Notes: a model not told the origin generated them from the letters alone. A DNA stretch of 64,000 bases from an uncultured Pseudobdellovibrionaceae bacterium (GCA_963803705.1 CAWDNU010000004.1:160001-224000), one strand, 5' to 3'; shown: positions 1 through 9,483, numbered from the stretch's first letter. Translations and numbers: made by a program.

Positions 1-2181
1 AACAGTACCTCTTACATTTTGTAAGGCAAAGTTTTTTACTTCAGAGTATTCATTTTGCCTTAGTTCACGACCAAGTTCTTTTTGTTTTTTTAGAACTTGC
101 TGATCTATAGCTGTGTTCATAAAAAAGGCCAAAATCATAGGTGCGGGCCCGTTGATTGTCATACTGACGCTAGTTTTGGGGTCACAAAGATCAAATCCAT
201 CATATAGACGTTTCATGTCGTCTAACGTGGCAATGCTCACACCGCTTTCGCCTACTTTACCAAAGATGTCGGGACGCCTGTCAGGATCCTGACCATACAG
301 AGTTACACTGTCAAAAGCGGTAGATAATCTTTTGGCTGGCTGACCCTGGGATAAATAATGAAATCTTTTATTTGTTTTTTCTGGAGGGCCTTCACCTGCG
401 AACTGGCGAGTTGGGTCTTCTCCTTGACGCTTAAGCGGGAAAACCCCAGCTGTGAAAGGAAAAAATCCAGGCATATTTTCTAATTTCAAGAACCTATAGC
501 GATCACCCCACGAACTTAATCGAGGAAAACTGACTCTTGGAACTGAAACATCGGATAAAGAAGTTACCCTTAACTTTTGCTCTACGGTTTTCCCACGGAC
601 CTCATAAACATAATTTTGGCCCTCATACTTAGCTTTAAAGCTGTCCCAAGCTATAGTCTCGTGATAGTCAGTGCCCAACTTTTCCTTCAATTTTTTAACA
701 TCTATTCTTAATTTCGACTTGATATCAGAATCTGAATGATTTTCTTCCACGGCCACCAAAGACTGAAGCCAGTCTAGGTCTAGAGATTTTTTATCTACAT
801 CTGATTTAAACTTTCTTATGGTCTGTACAACCTCTGCTAGGTAGTTTTGACGATGAGCCGGCACGATAATTTTTTTTTCGGTATCTCGCAAAGTCTGTTT
901 TAATTTTTCATCCATAGACCATTTCTTTAAATTTCCTATTTGGCCTAAATCTTTCTTGTTTTCTTCTAGAGTTTGAAACACATTTAAAAATAATTGATTA
1001 ACGCCCTTATCGTTAAAATTCGAAGCTTGAGTCAGAAATATAGGTTGATTAGCTGATTGATCTGCAGACTCCTCAAAAATCTTTCTTGAGCGCCTATATT
1101 GCTTATGTACATCACGATAGGCGTCGTCAGAACCCCTGCGATCAGCCTTATTAATTGCTATGAAATCTGCGTAGTCGATCATATCAATCTTTTCAAGCTG
1201 GCTTTGAGCCCCAAATTCGGAGGTCATAACGTATAGGCTGTAATCACTGACTTCCGTAATGGCTACGTTAGCTTGGCCAATCCCAGAGCTTTCAGCAATA
1301 ATAAAGTCAAAATTCATAGACTTAAATAAATTTAAAACTTGCGGCAACTGACCTGATATTTCGTTTCCCGAACCCCTAGAAGCTAATGACCTCATATAAG
1401 TATTGGGCCGGCTTAACGAGTTCATACGAATCCGATCACCTAGCAAAGCCCCGCCAGTTTTCTTTTTTGAAGGGTCTACACAAACAACGCCAATTTTTAA
1501 ATCTGGATAAACATTTAAAAACCTTTGTATCACCTCGTCTATAAGACTTGATTTACCAGCGCCGCCGGTACCTGTTACACCAAGAATTGGCGGAGCATTA
1601 GTTTGTGACTTAAAATTGAGGATATCGATAACCTTGTGACTGTGTTCCAATTCAACTGCAGAAACTGCAAGTCCAATATCTCGATGTCTTATTTCACCTA
1701 AATTATGAATCCCTTTAGGACTTAACTTTAAATCTAGATCTGCTTTGTCTAATATATTGAAATCACACTCTTTGATTATCAGCTCGATCATTCCCTCTAG
1801 ACCCAACCTTCTGCCATCTTCGGGATGAAAAATTTGGGTGATTCCGTAAGATTCAAGTTCTCTTTTCTCATCAAATACAATAACCCCACCGCCGCCACCA
1901 AAAATCTTGACATAGGGTGCGCCATTTTCATTTAGTAGGTCGCGCATATATTTAAAGTATTCCATATGGCCGCCTTGATAAGAGCTTATGGCGATACCCT
2001 GAGCACCTTCTTGCAAAGCTGTGATAACAACATCTTTAACTGACCGATTGTGTCCCAAGTGTATTACTTCTGCGCCTTGGTCCTGTAAAATTCTTCGCAT
2101 GATATTTATGGAAGCATCATGTCCATCGAACAGGGATGCTGCAGTTACAATTCGAATTGGATTTTCGGGTAGGTAAGACAT
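1..2181 (-). CDS. icmF: Fused isobutyryl-CoA mutase/GTPase chaperone (B12-binding, MeaB-like GTPase and mutase domains); 3' end runs off the window
   Basis: Not in the ORF track. Manual translation from ATG at 2181 gives MSYLPENPIRIVTAASLFDGHDASINIMRRILQDQGAEVIHLGHNRS (B12-binding DxHD motif), then GVTGTGGAGKSSLIDE (P-loop), LLGDRIRMN, and mutase motifs GFFPFTAGVFP, TRQFAGEG and RLSTAFDSVTLYGQDPD. Confidence 0.92.
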   Translation of the reverse strand, partial: MSYLPENPIRIVTAASLFDGHDASINIMRRILQDQGAEVIHLGHNRSVKDVVITALQEGAQGIAISSYQGGHMEYFKYMRDLLNENGAPYVKIFGGGGGVIVFDEKRELESYGITQIFHPEDGRRLGLEGMIELIIKECDFNILDKADLDLKLSPKGIHNLGEIRHRDIGLAVSAVELEHSHKVIDILNFKSQTNAPPILGVTGTGGAGKSSLIDEVIQRFLNVYPDLKIGVVCVDPSKKKTGGALLGDRIRMNSLSRPNTYMRSLASRGSGNEISGQLPQVLNLFKSMNFDFIIAESSGIGQANVAITEVSDYSLYVMTSEFGAQSQLEKIDMIDYADFIAINKADRRGSDDAYRDVHKQYRRSRKIFEESADQSANQPIFLTQASNFNDKGVNQLFLNVFQTLEENKKDLGQIGNLKKWSMDEKLKQTLRDTEKKIIVPAHRQNYLAEVVQTIRKFKSDVDKKSLDLDWLQSLVAVEENHSDSDIKSKLRIDVKKLKEKLGTDYHETIAWDSFKAKYEGQNYVYEVRGKTVEQKLRVTSLSDVSVPRVSFPRLSSWGDRYRFLKLENMPGFFPFTAGVFPLKRQGEDPTRQFAGEGPPEKTNKRFHYLSQGQPAKRLSTAFDSVTLYGQDPDRRPDIFGKVGESGVSIATLDDMKRLYDGFDLCDPKTSVSMTINGPAPMILAFFMNTAIDQQVLKKQKELGRELRQNEYSEVKNFALQNVRGTV

Positions 2182-2244
2182 ATCAAAACCTTTTTTTTCT
2201 AACTTAAAAACTAGTAGCAAGCTTAAAAAAGCTGTATCACAAAA

Positions 2245-3021
2245 TTAGAACTTCGCAGCTCTTTTTTCTAAGAAAGCGGCCATGCCTTCTTTAGACTCTT
2301 GATTCGAAAATAAGTAAGCGAAATAGTCCTCTTCTAACTTCAATCCTTTTTCCAGGCTTTTATTAAAGCCTTCGTGAATGGATTTTTTTGCAGCTTTTAT
2401 CGCTTGCGGACCTTTTTTAGTTATTGTTTTGGCAACTTCGATACATTGAGTTAACAGGTGAGCCTGTGGCACCACCTGAATCACTAGGCCTCGGCTGAGT
2501 AATTCATCGGCAGAAACCATTTGGCCGGTAGTGACCAAATACTTAGCGTAACTAAGGCCTAGATTTCTTGATAACCGTTGAGTTCCACCGAATCCTGGAA
2601 TCAAACCTAGGCTCACTTCTGGAAGTCCAAATTTTGCATTTTCAGATGCAAATATAAAATCGCAAGCCAGAGCCAACTCAAAACCTCCGCCCAAACAAAA
2701 CCCATTTACCGCAGCGATCACTGGTACACTTAAGTTTTCAAGCTTCGAAAAAACACTTTGACCGTATCTACAAAACCGAGAAGCTTCTTCAGAGCTCATT
2801 TCCTGCATTGCTGCTATATCTGCTCCTGCGACAAAAGCTTTTTCCCCTTCGCCGGTGACAATTAGCGCCCTGAAGCCGGCCTTTTCCCCCAACTCATCAA
2901 GTTTCTGATCTAGGTGATCAAAAACCTCTTTGGACAAAGCGTTTAGAACTTTGGGGCGGTTTATTTTTAATAGATACACACCATTTTCTAATTCTTTCAA
3001 TTCAACCATAATACACTCCAC
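2245..3021 (-). CDS. crt: Enoyl-CoA hydratase (crotonase); start may be ATG at 3009
   Basis: Motifs AFVAGADI, AAVNGFCLGGGFELALACD, FGLPEVSLGLIPGFGGTQRL; directly downstream of hbd. Confidence 0.9.
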   Translation of the reverse strand: MECIMVELKELENGVYLLKINRPKVLNALSKEVFDHLDQKLDELGEKAGFRALIVTGEGEKAFVAGADIAAMQEMSSEEASRFCRYGQSVFSKLENLSVPVIAAVNGFCLGGGFELALACDFIFASENAKFGLPEVSLGLIPGFGGTQRLSRNLGLSYAKYLVTTGQMVSADELLSRGLVIQVVPQAHLLTQCIEVAKTITKKGPQAIKAAKKSIHEGFNKSLEKGLKLEEDYFAYLFSNQESKEGMAAFLEKRAAKF

Positions 3022-3095
3022 ACTTTATAAAGTTCGTTCGTACTTATTCTAAGTTTCACGAAAGATGACGATCTACCTGTATAATTTAAATACTT

Positions 3096-3944
3096 TTAGT
3101 ACTGATAAAACCCACGCCCTGACTTACGGCCCATCCATCCTGCCTCAACGTATTTAACTAGAAGTGGACAAGGTCGATATTTGCTGTCACCGAAACCTTG
3201 GTGAAGGACATTCATAATAGCCAGACAAGTATCAAGTCCTATAAAGTCTGCTAGAGTTAAGGGACCCATAGGTTGGTTGGTACCAAGCTTCATAGCTTGG
3301 TCAATCCCTTCTACATCGGCAATCCCCTCGTACAGTGCGTAGCACGCCTCGTTGATCATCGGCATTAGAACCCTGTTCACGATGAAACCAGGCATATCAC
3401 GACCTTCAATAAATGTTTTATCTAGCTGTATTGCAAATTCACGAACAGCCTGAAAAGTCAGGTCAGAGGTTTGCAGTCCTCTTATGCCTTCTACTAAAAC
3501 CATCAAAGGCACTGGGTTCATAAAGTGCATTCCCATGACTGATTCTGGACGCTGGGTTATGCCTGCGATTTTAGTAATAGAGATAGAAGATGTATTACTA
3601 CACAAAATAGCACTTGGTTTTAGAGTTTGATCTAGCTCTTTGAAAATTTTTAGCTTCAGCTCTACATTTTCTGTAGCTGCTTCGATAACTAAGTCACAAT
3701 CTTTTAAGTCTGCCACTGAAGAGGTGGTCGAAATCTTAGATAGCATCTTTTGTTTCTGTTCTTCAGTTAGTTTTTCTTTTTTTATCAAGCGGTCGCAACT
3801 GTTGCCAATAGCGTTTAAGCCTTTGTCTAAAGCCTCTTTAGAGACATCCATCATTTCCACACGGATACCCTTAAAAGCCACCACCTGCGCAATTCCATTA
3901 CCCATCTGACCGGAACCAATAATACCTACGGATTTAAAACTCAT
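3096..3944 (-). CDS. hbd: 3-hydroxybutyryl-CoA dehydrogenase
   Basis: GIIGSGQMGNGIAQ Rossmann motif, SNTSSISIT, GMHFMNP, PGFIVNR, PMGPLTLADFIGLD. Confidence 0.93.
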   Translation of the reverse strand: MSFKSVGIIGSGQMGNGIAQVVAFKGIRVEMMDVSKEALDKGLNAIGNSCDRLIKKEKLTEEQKQKMLSKISTTSSVADLKDCDLVIEAATENVELKLKIFKELDQTLKPSAILCSNTSSISITKIAGITQRPESVMGMHFMNPVPLMVLVEGIRGLQTSDLTFQAVREFAIQLDKTFIEGRDMPGFIVNRVLMPMINEACYALYEGIADVEGIDQAMKLGTNQPMGPLTLADFIGLDTCLAIMNVLHQGFGDSKYRPCPLLVKYVEAGWMGRKSGRGFYQY

Positions 3945-3982
3945 TTACTACTCCCTTCCTACCCAATAACTTTACAGTGCCG

Positions 3983-4069
3983 CTTTGATGGCTATTTCGC
4001 CATAGCCTCATAGTTTTACTTTGATGGCTATTTCGCCATAGCCTCACAGTTTTACTTTGATGGCTATTT
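3983..4069. repeat. Intergenic tandem repeat, 36-bp unit, about 2.4 copies, each full unit with a GGCTAT/ATAGCC hairpin
   Basis: CTTTGATGGCTATTTCGCCATAGCCTCA(T/C)AGTTTTA at 3983-4018 and 4019-4054 (1 mismatch), plus a partial copy at 4055-4069. Confidence 0.9.
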
Positions 4070-4106
4070 TATCTAAGCTTCGCCATGAAGCTGTTGTGAC
4101 TAATTT

Positions 4107-4841
4107 TTAAAGTTCAAAATATATGCGTTCAAATTTTTGTTTTAACTCAAGCATCTTAGCCTTTCGATTCAACGGCGTCCAACCTTGGGTAGAAATTTTT
4201 TCGGCCACAAACACATCTACGCTAGATGTCATTTTTCTCATGTTCGGCAACAGATCTTGGGCAGGCCAAAGGCTCCTGGTTCCCTTAATAATAACTGGAA
4301 CTAAATCCGCTTGGCATGATAATGCAAATATAAACGGACCTGACTTAAAGTCAGCAATTCCATCCGACCGATTTCTAGTTCCCTCTGGTGCAATTACAAA
4401 ATGATCTCCTGCAGCTAACCTAAGCTTCGCCTCTTCGTAAACACGTATTGATGCCTCTAAGTCATTTCTAGGCATCATCAACGATCTTACAAGTTTAAAA
4501 CAAAGCCCCAACACTGGTAACTTTTCCAATTCTTTTTTTGCCACATAATACATAAACCGACCTGTAACTAAAACCAAAACTGGAATATCTAAGAACGAGC
4601 AATGATTAAAAAGTATGATGGCCCCGGATTGGGGAATGGGTTTCGAATACTTAATGTTTAGTCTTACGCCGCATACAAGAATTATAAATTTAGCCCATAC
4701 CCACTGAATTTTGTAAGCTCTCTTCTCATTAATTAAAACCACAACTAGGAAAAATGGAAATAAAAACAAAGTAAAGATGGCTATAAATAAAACTGCTAAA
4801 AAAGAGTGGAACAAATGAAGAAAATTAAATAAAGATTTCAT
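4107..4841 (-). CDS. plsC: 1-acyl-sn-glycerol-3-phosphate acyltransferase family
   Basis: NHCSFLD (HxxxxD), VAKKEL, APEGTR and FKSG motifs; N-terminal hydrophobic segment. Confidence 0.85.
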   Translation of the reverse strand: MKSLFNFLHLFHSFLAVLFIAIFTLFLFPFFLVVVLINEKRAYKIQWVWAKFIILVCGVRLNIKYSKPIPQSGAIILFNHCSFLDIPVLVLVTGRFMYYVAKKELEKLPVLGLCFKLVRSLMMPRNDLEASIRVYEEAKLRLAAGDHFVIAPEGTRNRSDGIADFKSGPFIFALSCQADLVPVIIKGTRSLWPAQDLLPNMRKMTSSVDVFVAEKISTQGWTPLNRKAKMLELKQKFERIYFEL

Positions 4842-4843
4842 CT

Positions 4844-5917
4844 TTAAAGCTCACCAAAAACTCTTAGCCTAGCGGCTTGCCTTTGCCTGTTCTTGTACTC
4901 TTCGTGGGAAGCCGCCCCGGTCATGTTTTTATCAAAAGTCTCTTTGTCTAAAATTTGCACTTCGAAAGGATAAAAAAAATTAAATTCAGACTTTTCAGGA
5001 CCTCTATCAATTTTTAAAAACTGTCTAGTAATAAATTTTAAAAACTTAAAGTCTTTACTTGTAAACGGATTAAGATCTTTAGAAGTGCTTTCAATTTTTT
5101 TTAGATTATCAGCTACTCGCGATTCTAACTGTCCTAAATCTATTTTGCCCCCGGTAAGCATTGAGTTTTCTAATGCGGACATAAAAACAGGTGTTGGACA
5201 TATCGTATTTTTTGATAATGAAGAGATCACATGAGGGTAGCTGACCAGGTTTTTATCGATTAAAAATTGAATCACTCTAAATATATCCACTAAATTTTTT
5301 GTCACAAAGCGAATGCCTACACGGTCCAGCAAAGTCATTGCAATTAGGTCCTGTCTAGCCAAAAGCTTTACAACAGCTGAATGATTTTGTTTAAATGACT
5401 TTTCCTCAAAAGCTACAATTTCTATTCGGTCAGATTCTTGACCTAAAAACATTCTGCCATCATCTTCTTTATGAATATTTTGCGAAATTGGTTTTAAAAT
5501 TTGGTACTGTATATCGTCAGCAAATGATGTAAAGATATCGTTGTCTAAGTGAATTAACACATGCATAACCCGCAATATGGCACAGGCCCATTTCTGCTGA
5601 CTTTCAACATTTGATGAACTTAAGCTTGCAGCCAAAAAAAGAGTAGTAATATCACCAAGATCTTCCCTGTTTCGTAAAGTCAGCGGTATTTTTTCTTCCG
5701 GCAATAAAATTTCGCTTTCTAAAATCTCTATGGCTTGTCGGTGATAAGTCCAAACTCTTTTTAAGTCTTTGACCTTAGATAAATCATAACCATAGGCATG
5801 AATAAAATCTAAGGCTTCTTCCCTATCCTGTAAGAATAGTCTCGGGAAATCTACCGATTGACCTTCTCCTAGAATACTACCCAGTATGAATGGATTAAAA
5901 CTTACTTTTTTCATCAA
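4844..5917 (-). CDS. TIGR04552-type protein, RelA/SpoT-like nucleotidyltransferase fold
   Basis: KxxxSxVxKLL, DRVGIRFVT, NPFTS, FFYPFEVQI and SHEEYK resemble the DxxGxR/EVQI motifs of RelA/SpoT synthetase-like domains. Family recognised from memory, not by search. Confidence 0.7.
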   Translation of the reverse strand: MMKKVSFNPFILGSILGEGQSVDFPRLFLQDREEALDFIHAYGYDLSKVKDLKRVWTYHRQAIEILESEILLPEEKIPLTLRNREDLGDITTLFLAASLSSSNVESQQKWACAILRVMHVLIHLDNDIFTSFADDIQYQILKPISQNIHKEDDGRMFLGQESDRIEIVAFEEKSFKQNHSAVVKLLARQDLIAMTLLDRVGIRFVTKNLVDIFRVIQFLIDKNLVSYPHVISSLSKNTICPTPVFMSALENSMLTGGKIDLGQLESRVADNLKKIESTSKDLNPFTSKDFKFLKFITRQFLKIDRGPEKSEFNFFYPFEVQILDKETFDKNMTGAASHEEYKNRQRQAARLRVFGEL

Positions 5918-5968
5918 TTGAATTAGACCAATTCAACCAGAATATAACAATCATTAACACCAAAATAC

Positions 5969-5994
5969 AAAAGGGACTTACTCACGTAAGTCCC
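5969..5994 (-). terminator. Rho-independent terminator
   Basis: Stem GGGACTTAC/GTAAGTCCC (5973-5981, 5986-5994), 4-nt loop, followed by UUUU on the minus strand. Confidence 0.7.
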
Positions 5995-6026
5995 CTTAAA
6001 TCTTGATTTAAAACCACTTAAAAGCG

Positions 6027-6063
6027 GCCAGAGGCATGACTTGGGGGGTCAGCTGCCCCTGGC
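6027..6063 (-). other. Stable RNA hairpin with a C-rich loop (CCCCCAA); terminator or candidate 3'UTR-derived sRNA
   Basis: Minus strand GCCAGGGGCA-gc-UGAC-CCCCCAA-GUCA-UGCCUCUGGC: 14-bp stem with one 2-nt bulge, followed by CGCUUUU. Confidence 0.5.
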
Positions 6064-6082
6064 TAAGAAATATATAATTAAA

Positions 6083-6841
6083 TTAGTTACAGTTAAACAA
6101 TGCACAAATCTTGTGATTAGTAAAATATCCAAAAAATACAATGCTATTTGAGCTAGCTGAGGGACGCAGATAAATTTCTCCGCTCATAGTCTGGTTGTTT
6201 CTATCGATATCGAAAACCAAGCTGATCTCTCCGAGCGAATCAGAAAATGAAATCTCTATCAAAGGCTTACCGTTGATAACTCTGTACGAGGATCCATTTA
6301 GAACACCTACTTGTTTGCTCGAGCCTTTTCGTCCAAAGTAGGAGTAGCCTAGAAAATCGAATTTCTTATTAGTTTGAGGATTTATACCATCAGTGTAATA
6401 ATCCCAAATTGAAATCTCAAACTGAAAGTTTTTTGGATCAAGTTCCGAAAAGAATTGATTTTCAGAAATTTGATTTCCAAGTTGCAATTTAGAAGTGCTT
6501 CTCGAATTCAAATCCCCCCAGAAAAAAATATCCACCGTTTCAAAAAGCTCTTGTGAAATTTGAACTTGCTTACTTTCAGCAATTGAGAGAAAAGCGTTTA
6601 CTCCGACCAGGTCTCTGTTGACATATCCCCATTTCGGCGAATCAAGAGGTGGCCTGTCTATCGATTTAATATCTATAGCTAGCATTCCATTTTCGGCGGT
6701 AACCCCACCTGTTCTTGAGGTTCGAACTTGGTTGGCAACTAAACTGCCACCTTCAGAAGAATTTAGACTGCAGCCAGCTAATGCCAACATTAAACCTAAA
6801 ACATTTATTATTTTTATCCCCATTTTTGTTTTCATAACCAT
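6083..6841 (-). CDS. Hypothetical lipoprotein; start probably 6835
   Basis: Signal peptide with lipobox LALAGC; GGGGGGA RBS at 6841-6847. Confidence 0.7.
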   Translation of the reverse strand: MVMKTKMGIKIINVLGLMLALAGCSLNSSEGGSLVANQVRTSRTGGVTAENGMLAIDIKSIDRPPLDSPKWGYVNRDLVGVNAFLSIAESKQVQISQELFETVDIFFWGDLNSRSTSKLQLGNQISENQFFSELDPKNFQFEISIWDYYTDGINPQTNKKFDFLGYSYFGRKGSSKQVGVLNGSSYRVINGKPLIEISFSDSLGEISLVFDIDRNNQTMSGEIYLRPSASSNSIVFFGYFTNHKICALFNCN

Positions 6842-6879
6842 CCCCCCTGGACGTATAAAATGTTTATATTAAAAAAAAA

Positions 6880-7995
6880 TTAGTTTAAAACCGCCTCGCT
6901 TGCCGGCACTTCTTCTGGCGCAACTATCATGACCTCGCCCTTACTAGAATTTAAAGATATAAAATTCCCCCAGGTTTCCATAATTGTATTTTGGACTAAA
7001 CTTTGTGGTAAGTTTGGAAAGTTTCTTTGTGTTAAGACGTAGTCTTTTAATTCATTATTAATTTTGTAGTAAGAGTAAAAGCAAGACTTATCTTTTCGTT
7101 TTAGGTAACCACCGAATCCAATCTCTCTGAAAAATTTAGGACCATAATCCTGACATAACAATTTTTTGTCGTGGCTTTTATTACAAATACCAGTGTAAAA
7201 ATCAAAACGGTGTTTACCTAAGATACGACCGCCAGAAGATCTTACTGTCATAAAGCCATTATGAGTGGATTTATCAGGTAATACCAAACCCCTTAGAGCA
7301 GGAAAAAATAAAACATCGCCCGCTTTGTGATGTCTCGTATCTGCGGCTACAGATCGGAATGGATCCATACAGATGGACTTTTTATGCTCTTTACTCCAGA
7401 TCCCGTAACCGAATGGGCACCTTTTATTATCAAACTCTGCAAATACACTTTGTCTGGTCACAATAGTTTTGGGCACTATAGCAAGCGTTGGGCTGATTGA
7501 TATCTTGTGAACTGTTTTGTTAAACTTTATAAAATTGTAACCAATGCGGCGACCGTCTTTTCGATCTAAAATACATACACCTTGCATCAAGCAATTTTTT
7601 TTAAGATCACAATTTATGTTAACTAAGGTTTTACCGTTTCTATCTTTTAAAGAGCAGCTGCCACCTTCTTGACCCATTGGTGTATGAAAAACCGAAGGGG
7701 TGAACTTATGAGTGTCTTCATCTCTTTCAAACTCTTTGCAAAAAGCCGACTCCGGTCCTGCGCTTGATTTTACAATATAAGACTGGTCATCTTTAGTAAG
7801 TTCTAAAATCTTTTTTAACTGCGCACTTCTAACCTTCGGTGAAATGACAGGTTTAGCAGACTTAGCAGCTGAAGAGACTAAAACCTTATAGGTCTGGTCT
7901 AATTCACTTAGCTCTAAAGCCTCAGATTGAGACGAGACTGTAAATACAGTAGTAAGAAGGACTGCCACAAAAGGGCGATTATAATTCAATGTCAT
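6880..7995 (-). CDS. Secreted 3D-domain (MltA-like) peptidoglycan lytic transglycosylase family protein
   Basis: Signal peptide; C-terminal DPFRSVAAD...LFFPALRG...HNG...GGRILG...RFDFYTG pattern typical of 3D domains; Cys-rich middle region. Confidence 0.65.
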   Translation of the reverse strand: MTLNYNRPFVAVLLTTVFTVSSQSEALELSELDQTYKVLVSSAAKSAKPVISPKVRSAQLKKILELTKDDQSYIVKSSAGPESAFCKEFERDEDTHKFTPSVFHTPMGQEGGSCSLKDRNGKTLVNINCDLKKNCLMQGVCILDRKDGRRIGYNFIKFNKTVHKISISPTLAIVPKTIVTRQSVFAEFDNKRCPFGYGIWSKEHKKSICMDPFRSVAADTRHHKAGDVLFFPALRGLVLPDKSTHNGFMTVRSSGGRILGKHRFDFYTGICNKSHDKKLLCQDYGPKFFREIGFGGYLKRKDKSCFYSYYKINNELKDYVLTQRNFPNLPQSLVQNTIMETWGNFISLNSSKGEVMIVAPEEVPASEAVLN

Positions 7996-8007
7996 AACAC
8001 CTATAAG

Positions 8008-8022
8008 GCAAAACTAGGGCCA
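8008..8022 (-). promoter_or_regulatory. Putative sigma54 (-24/-12) promoter
   Basis: TGGCCCTAGTTTTGC (GG-N10-GC) immediately upstream of the 3D-domain gene. Confidence 0.45.
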
Positions 8023-8314
8023 ATAATTGTCACTTCTAATTGTATTTATTTCGATATGAGGTCTCACAACAGGGAAAAGTCTACCCAGGTGTCCATAGTT
8101 TTTACACTATTTCGGACTGACCATGGTCTGACCATCGTCCTACACCTTCATGACATCGATTTACATTGGGAAAGACACAGTCTGAATAATTTTTAATTCA
8201 ATTTCTGCCTGGTTTTCTGCAAAAATTTACTTCAAGCTGCACCTTTCTACTCAAGTATAGGTCAAAACCCTGGTTACTCTTCAAAAACAAGGCCCCATTT
8301 CAAGCTCTTGTAAG

Positions 8315-8329
8315 TGGCTCTAAAATTGC
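8315..8329 (+). promoter_or_regulatory. Putative sigma54 promoter
   Basis: TGGCTCTAAAATTGC (GG-N10-GC) upstream of the 8409 ORF. Confidence 0.4.
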
Positions 8330-8408
8330 TTAATTAGACTAGATTTAATATAAAAGAAAATATGAAGTGCATCTAAGTTGTACAAAATTTATTTATGAGT
8401 GGTCAACG

Positions 8409-9225
8409 ATGGTAATTAAAAAGCTATTTATAGCAATAATTTCACTTGAATGCTGTTTGGCATCTGCGGATCAGAGCTGCTTTCAAATGCTATTGAGCGA
8501 GCGTGAAATGACCCTTATATCTTCGAATTTAATGCTATCAAATATCCTTTACTTAAACGAAGACATTTTTAGAGATAATATGACTTTAGCTGATGTCGGG
8601 ACTTGATATAGAAAGGTCAGCATTTTCATTTTCAAAGTGGGTAGAGCTAGAGTCTGCAAATCCATCTAAAAACTTTTTTTTGGGGCTTACTAAGGACGGT
8701 CTTGTTTACGCAGTCCTATATGATCAAAAAACGATGAGTGGCAACGCCTTTAAACTAAGTTATTTAAACTTTCTAGATTTCAGAATCACAAATAAATCTT
8801 CGGTCTTAGCCGAGGATCAAAATGGCGATAGATATTTGTACTCTTTAAATCAAATGTTAGTTCAAAATCTAGCAAAAACAGCATTAAGTCACAAGCTGAA
8901 GATAGCACTAAAAAATGCTTTGCAATACTCAGCCGTGGGGTTGACTGCAGCAACAACCTTGTTTTTAAGCGGCAGCGGCGCAGCCCCGGTTTCAGAGGAG
9001 CTTCTTAGGACTATGCCACTATGGCTGACTTTTTCGACGGGCTTGTCATTATTCGAAACGCTTATTTCAGCTAGGCCAAGTAAGCTAATCACTCAAACAG
9101 GATTTATTGAATATCGAAGTCAATCAAACCAAACTGAGTGGTTTGAAACTGAAAATTCCAAGGTTTTTTCAGCTATTAACCATCTAGGACTTCAAAGCAT
9201 TCTATCTTCTTCAGGTAAATGGTAA
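8409..9225 (+). CDS. Hypothetical exported/membrane protein, apparently split by one frameshift near 8598-8600
   Basis: ORF 8367-8606 carries a signal-peptide-like MVIKKLFIAIISLECCLASA and overlaps ORF 8593-9225. Removing one G from GTCGGGACT joins the two frames. Confidence 0.5.
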
Positions 9226-9285
9226 CTATAGTCTTAATAGGTAACTCCATACTTAACTATAACTCATTTTTTTTGCTTCAATCAT

Positions 9286-9483
9286 TCAATTTTCATTCAA
9301 GCTAGCAAGAATTCTGACTGCTTGGTTAAAGTCTTCTTCGTCCACGCTCACTGAAATTACCTCACCTAACAGCGAGTCTAGTCCGTACTCATTAGATAAA
9401 TGAGCTTTGATATTGTAGCTTGATAAAAAGGACTGCAAAGATTTGGCTTCTAAGAGTGAGATTTTTTCTTTTATAACTTTCAT
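9286..9483 (-). CDS. DUF2007-like putative signal-transducing protein
   Basis: EAxxLxSxLxSxNI...V.VDEEDFxQAxxIL pattern, 65 aa. Confidence 0.6.
   Translation of the reverse strand: MKVIKEKISLLEAKSLQSFLSSYNIKAHLSNEYGLDSLLGEVISVSVDEEDFNQAVRILASLNEN

Noticed and set aside
3983..4069. 36-bp palindromic repeat as a mini CRISPR array
   Set aside because: The units are directly adjacent with no unique spacers, and there are no cas genes in the window.
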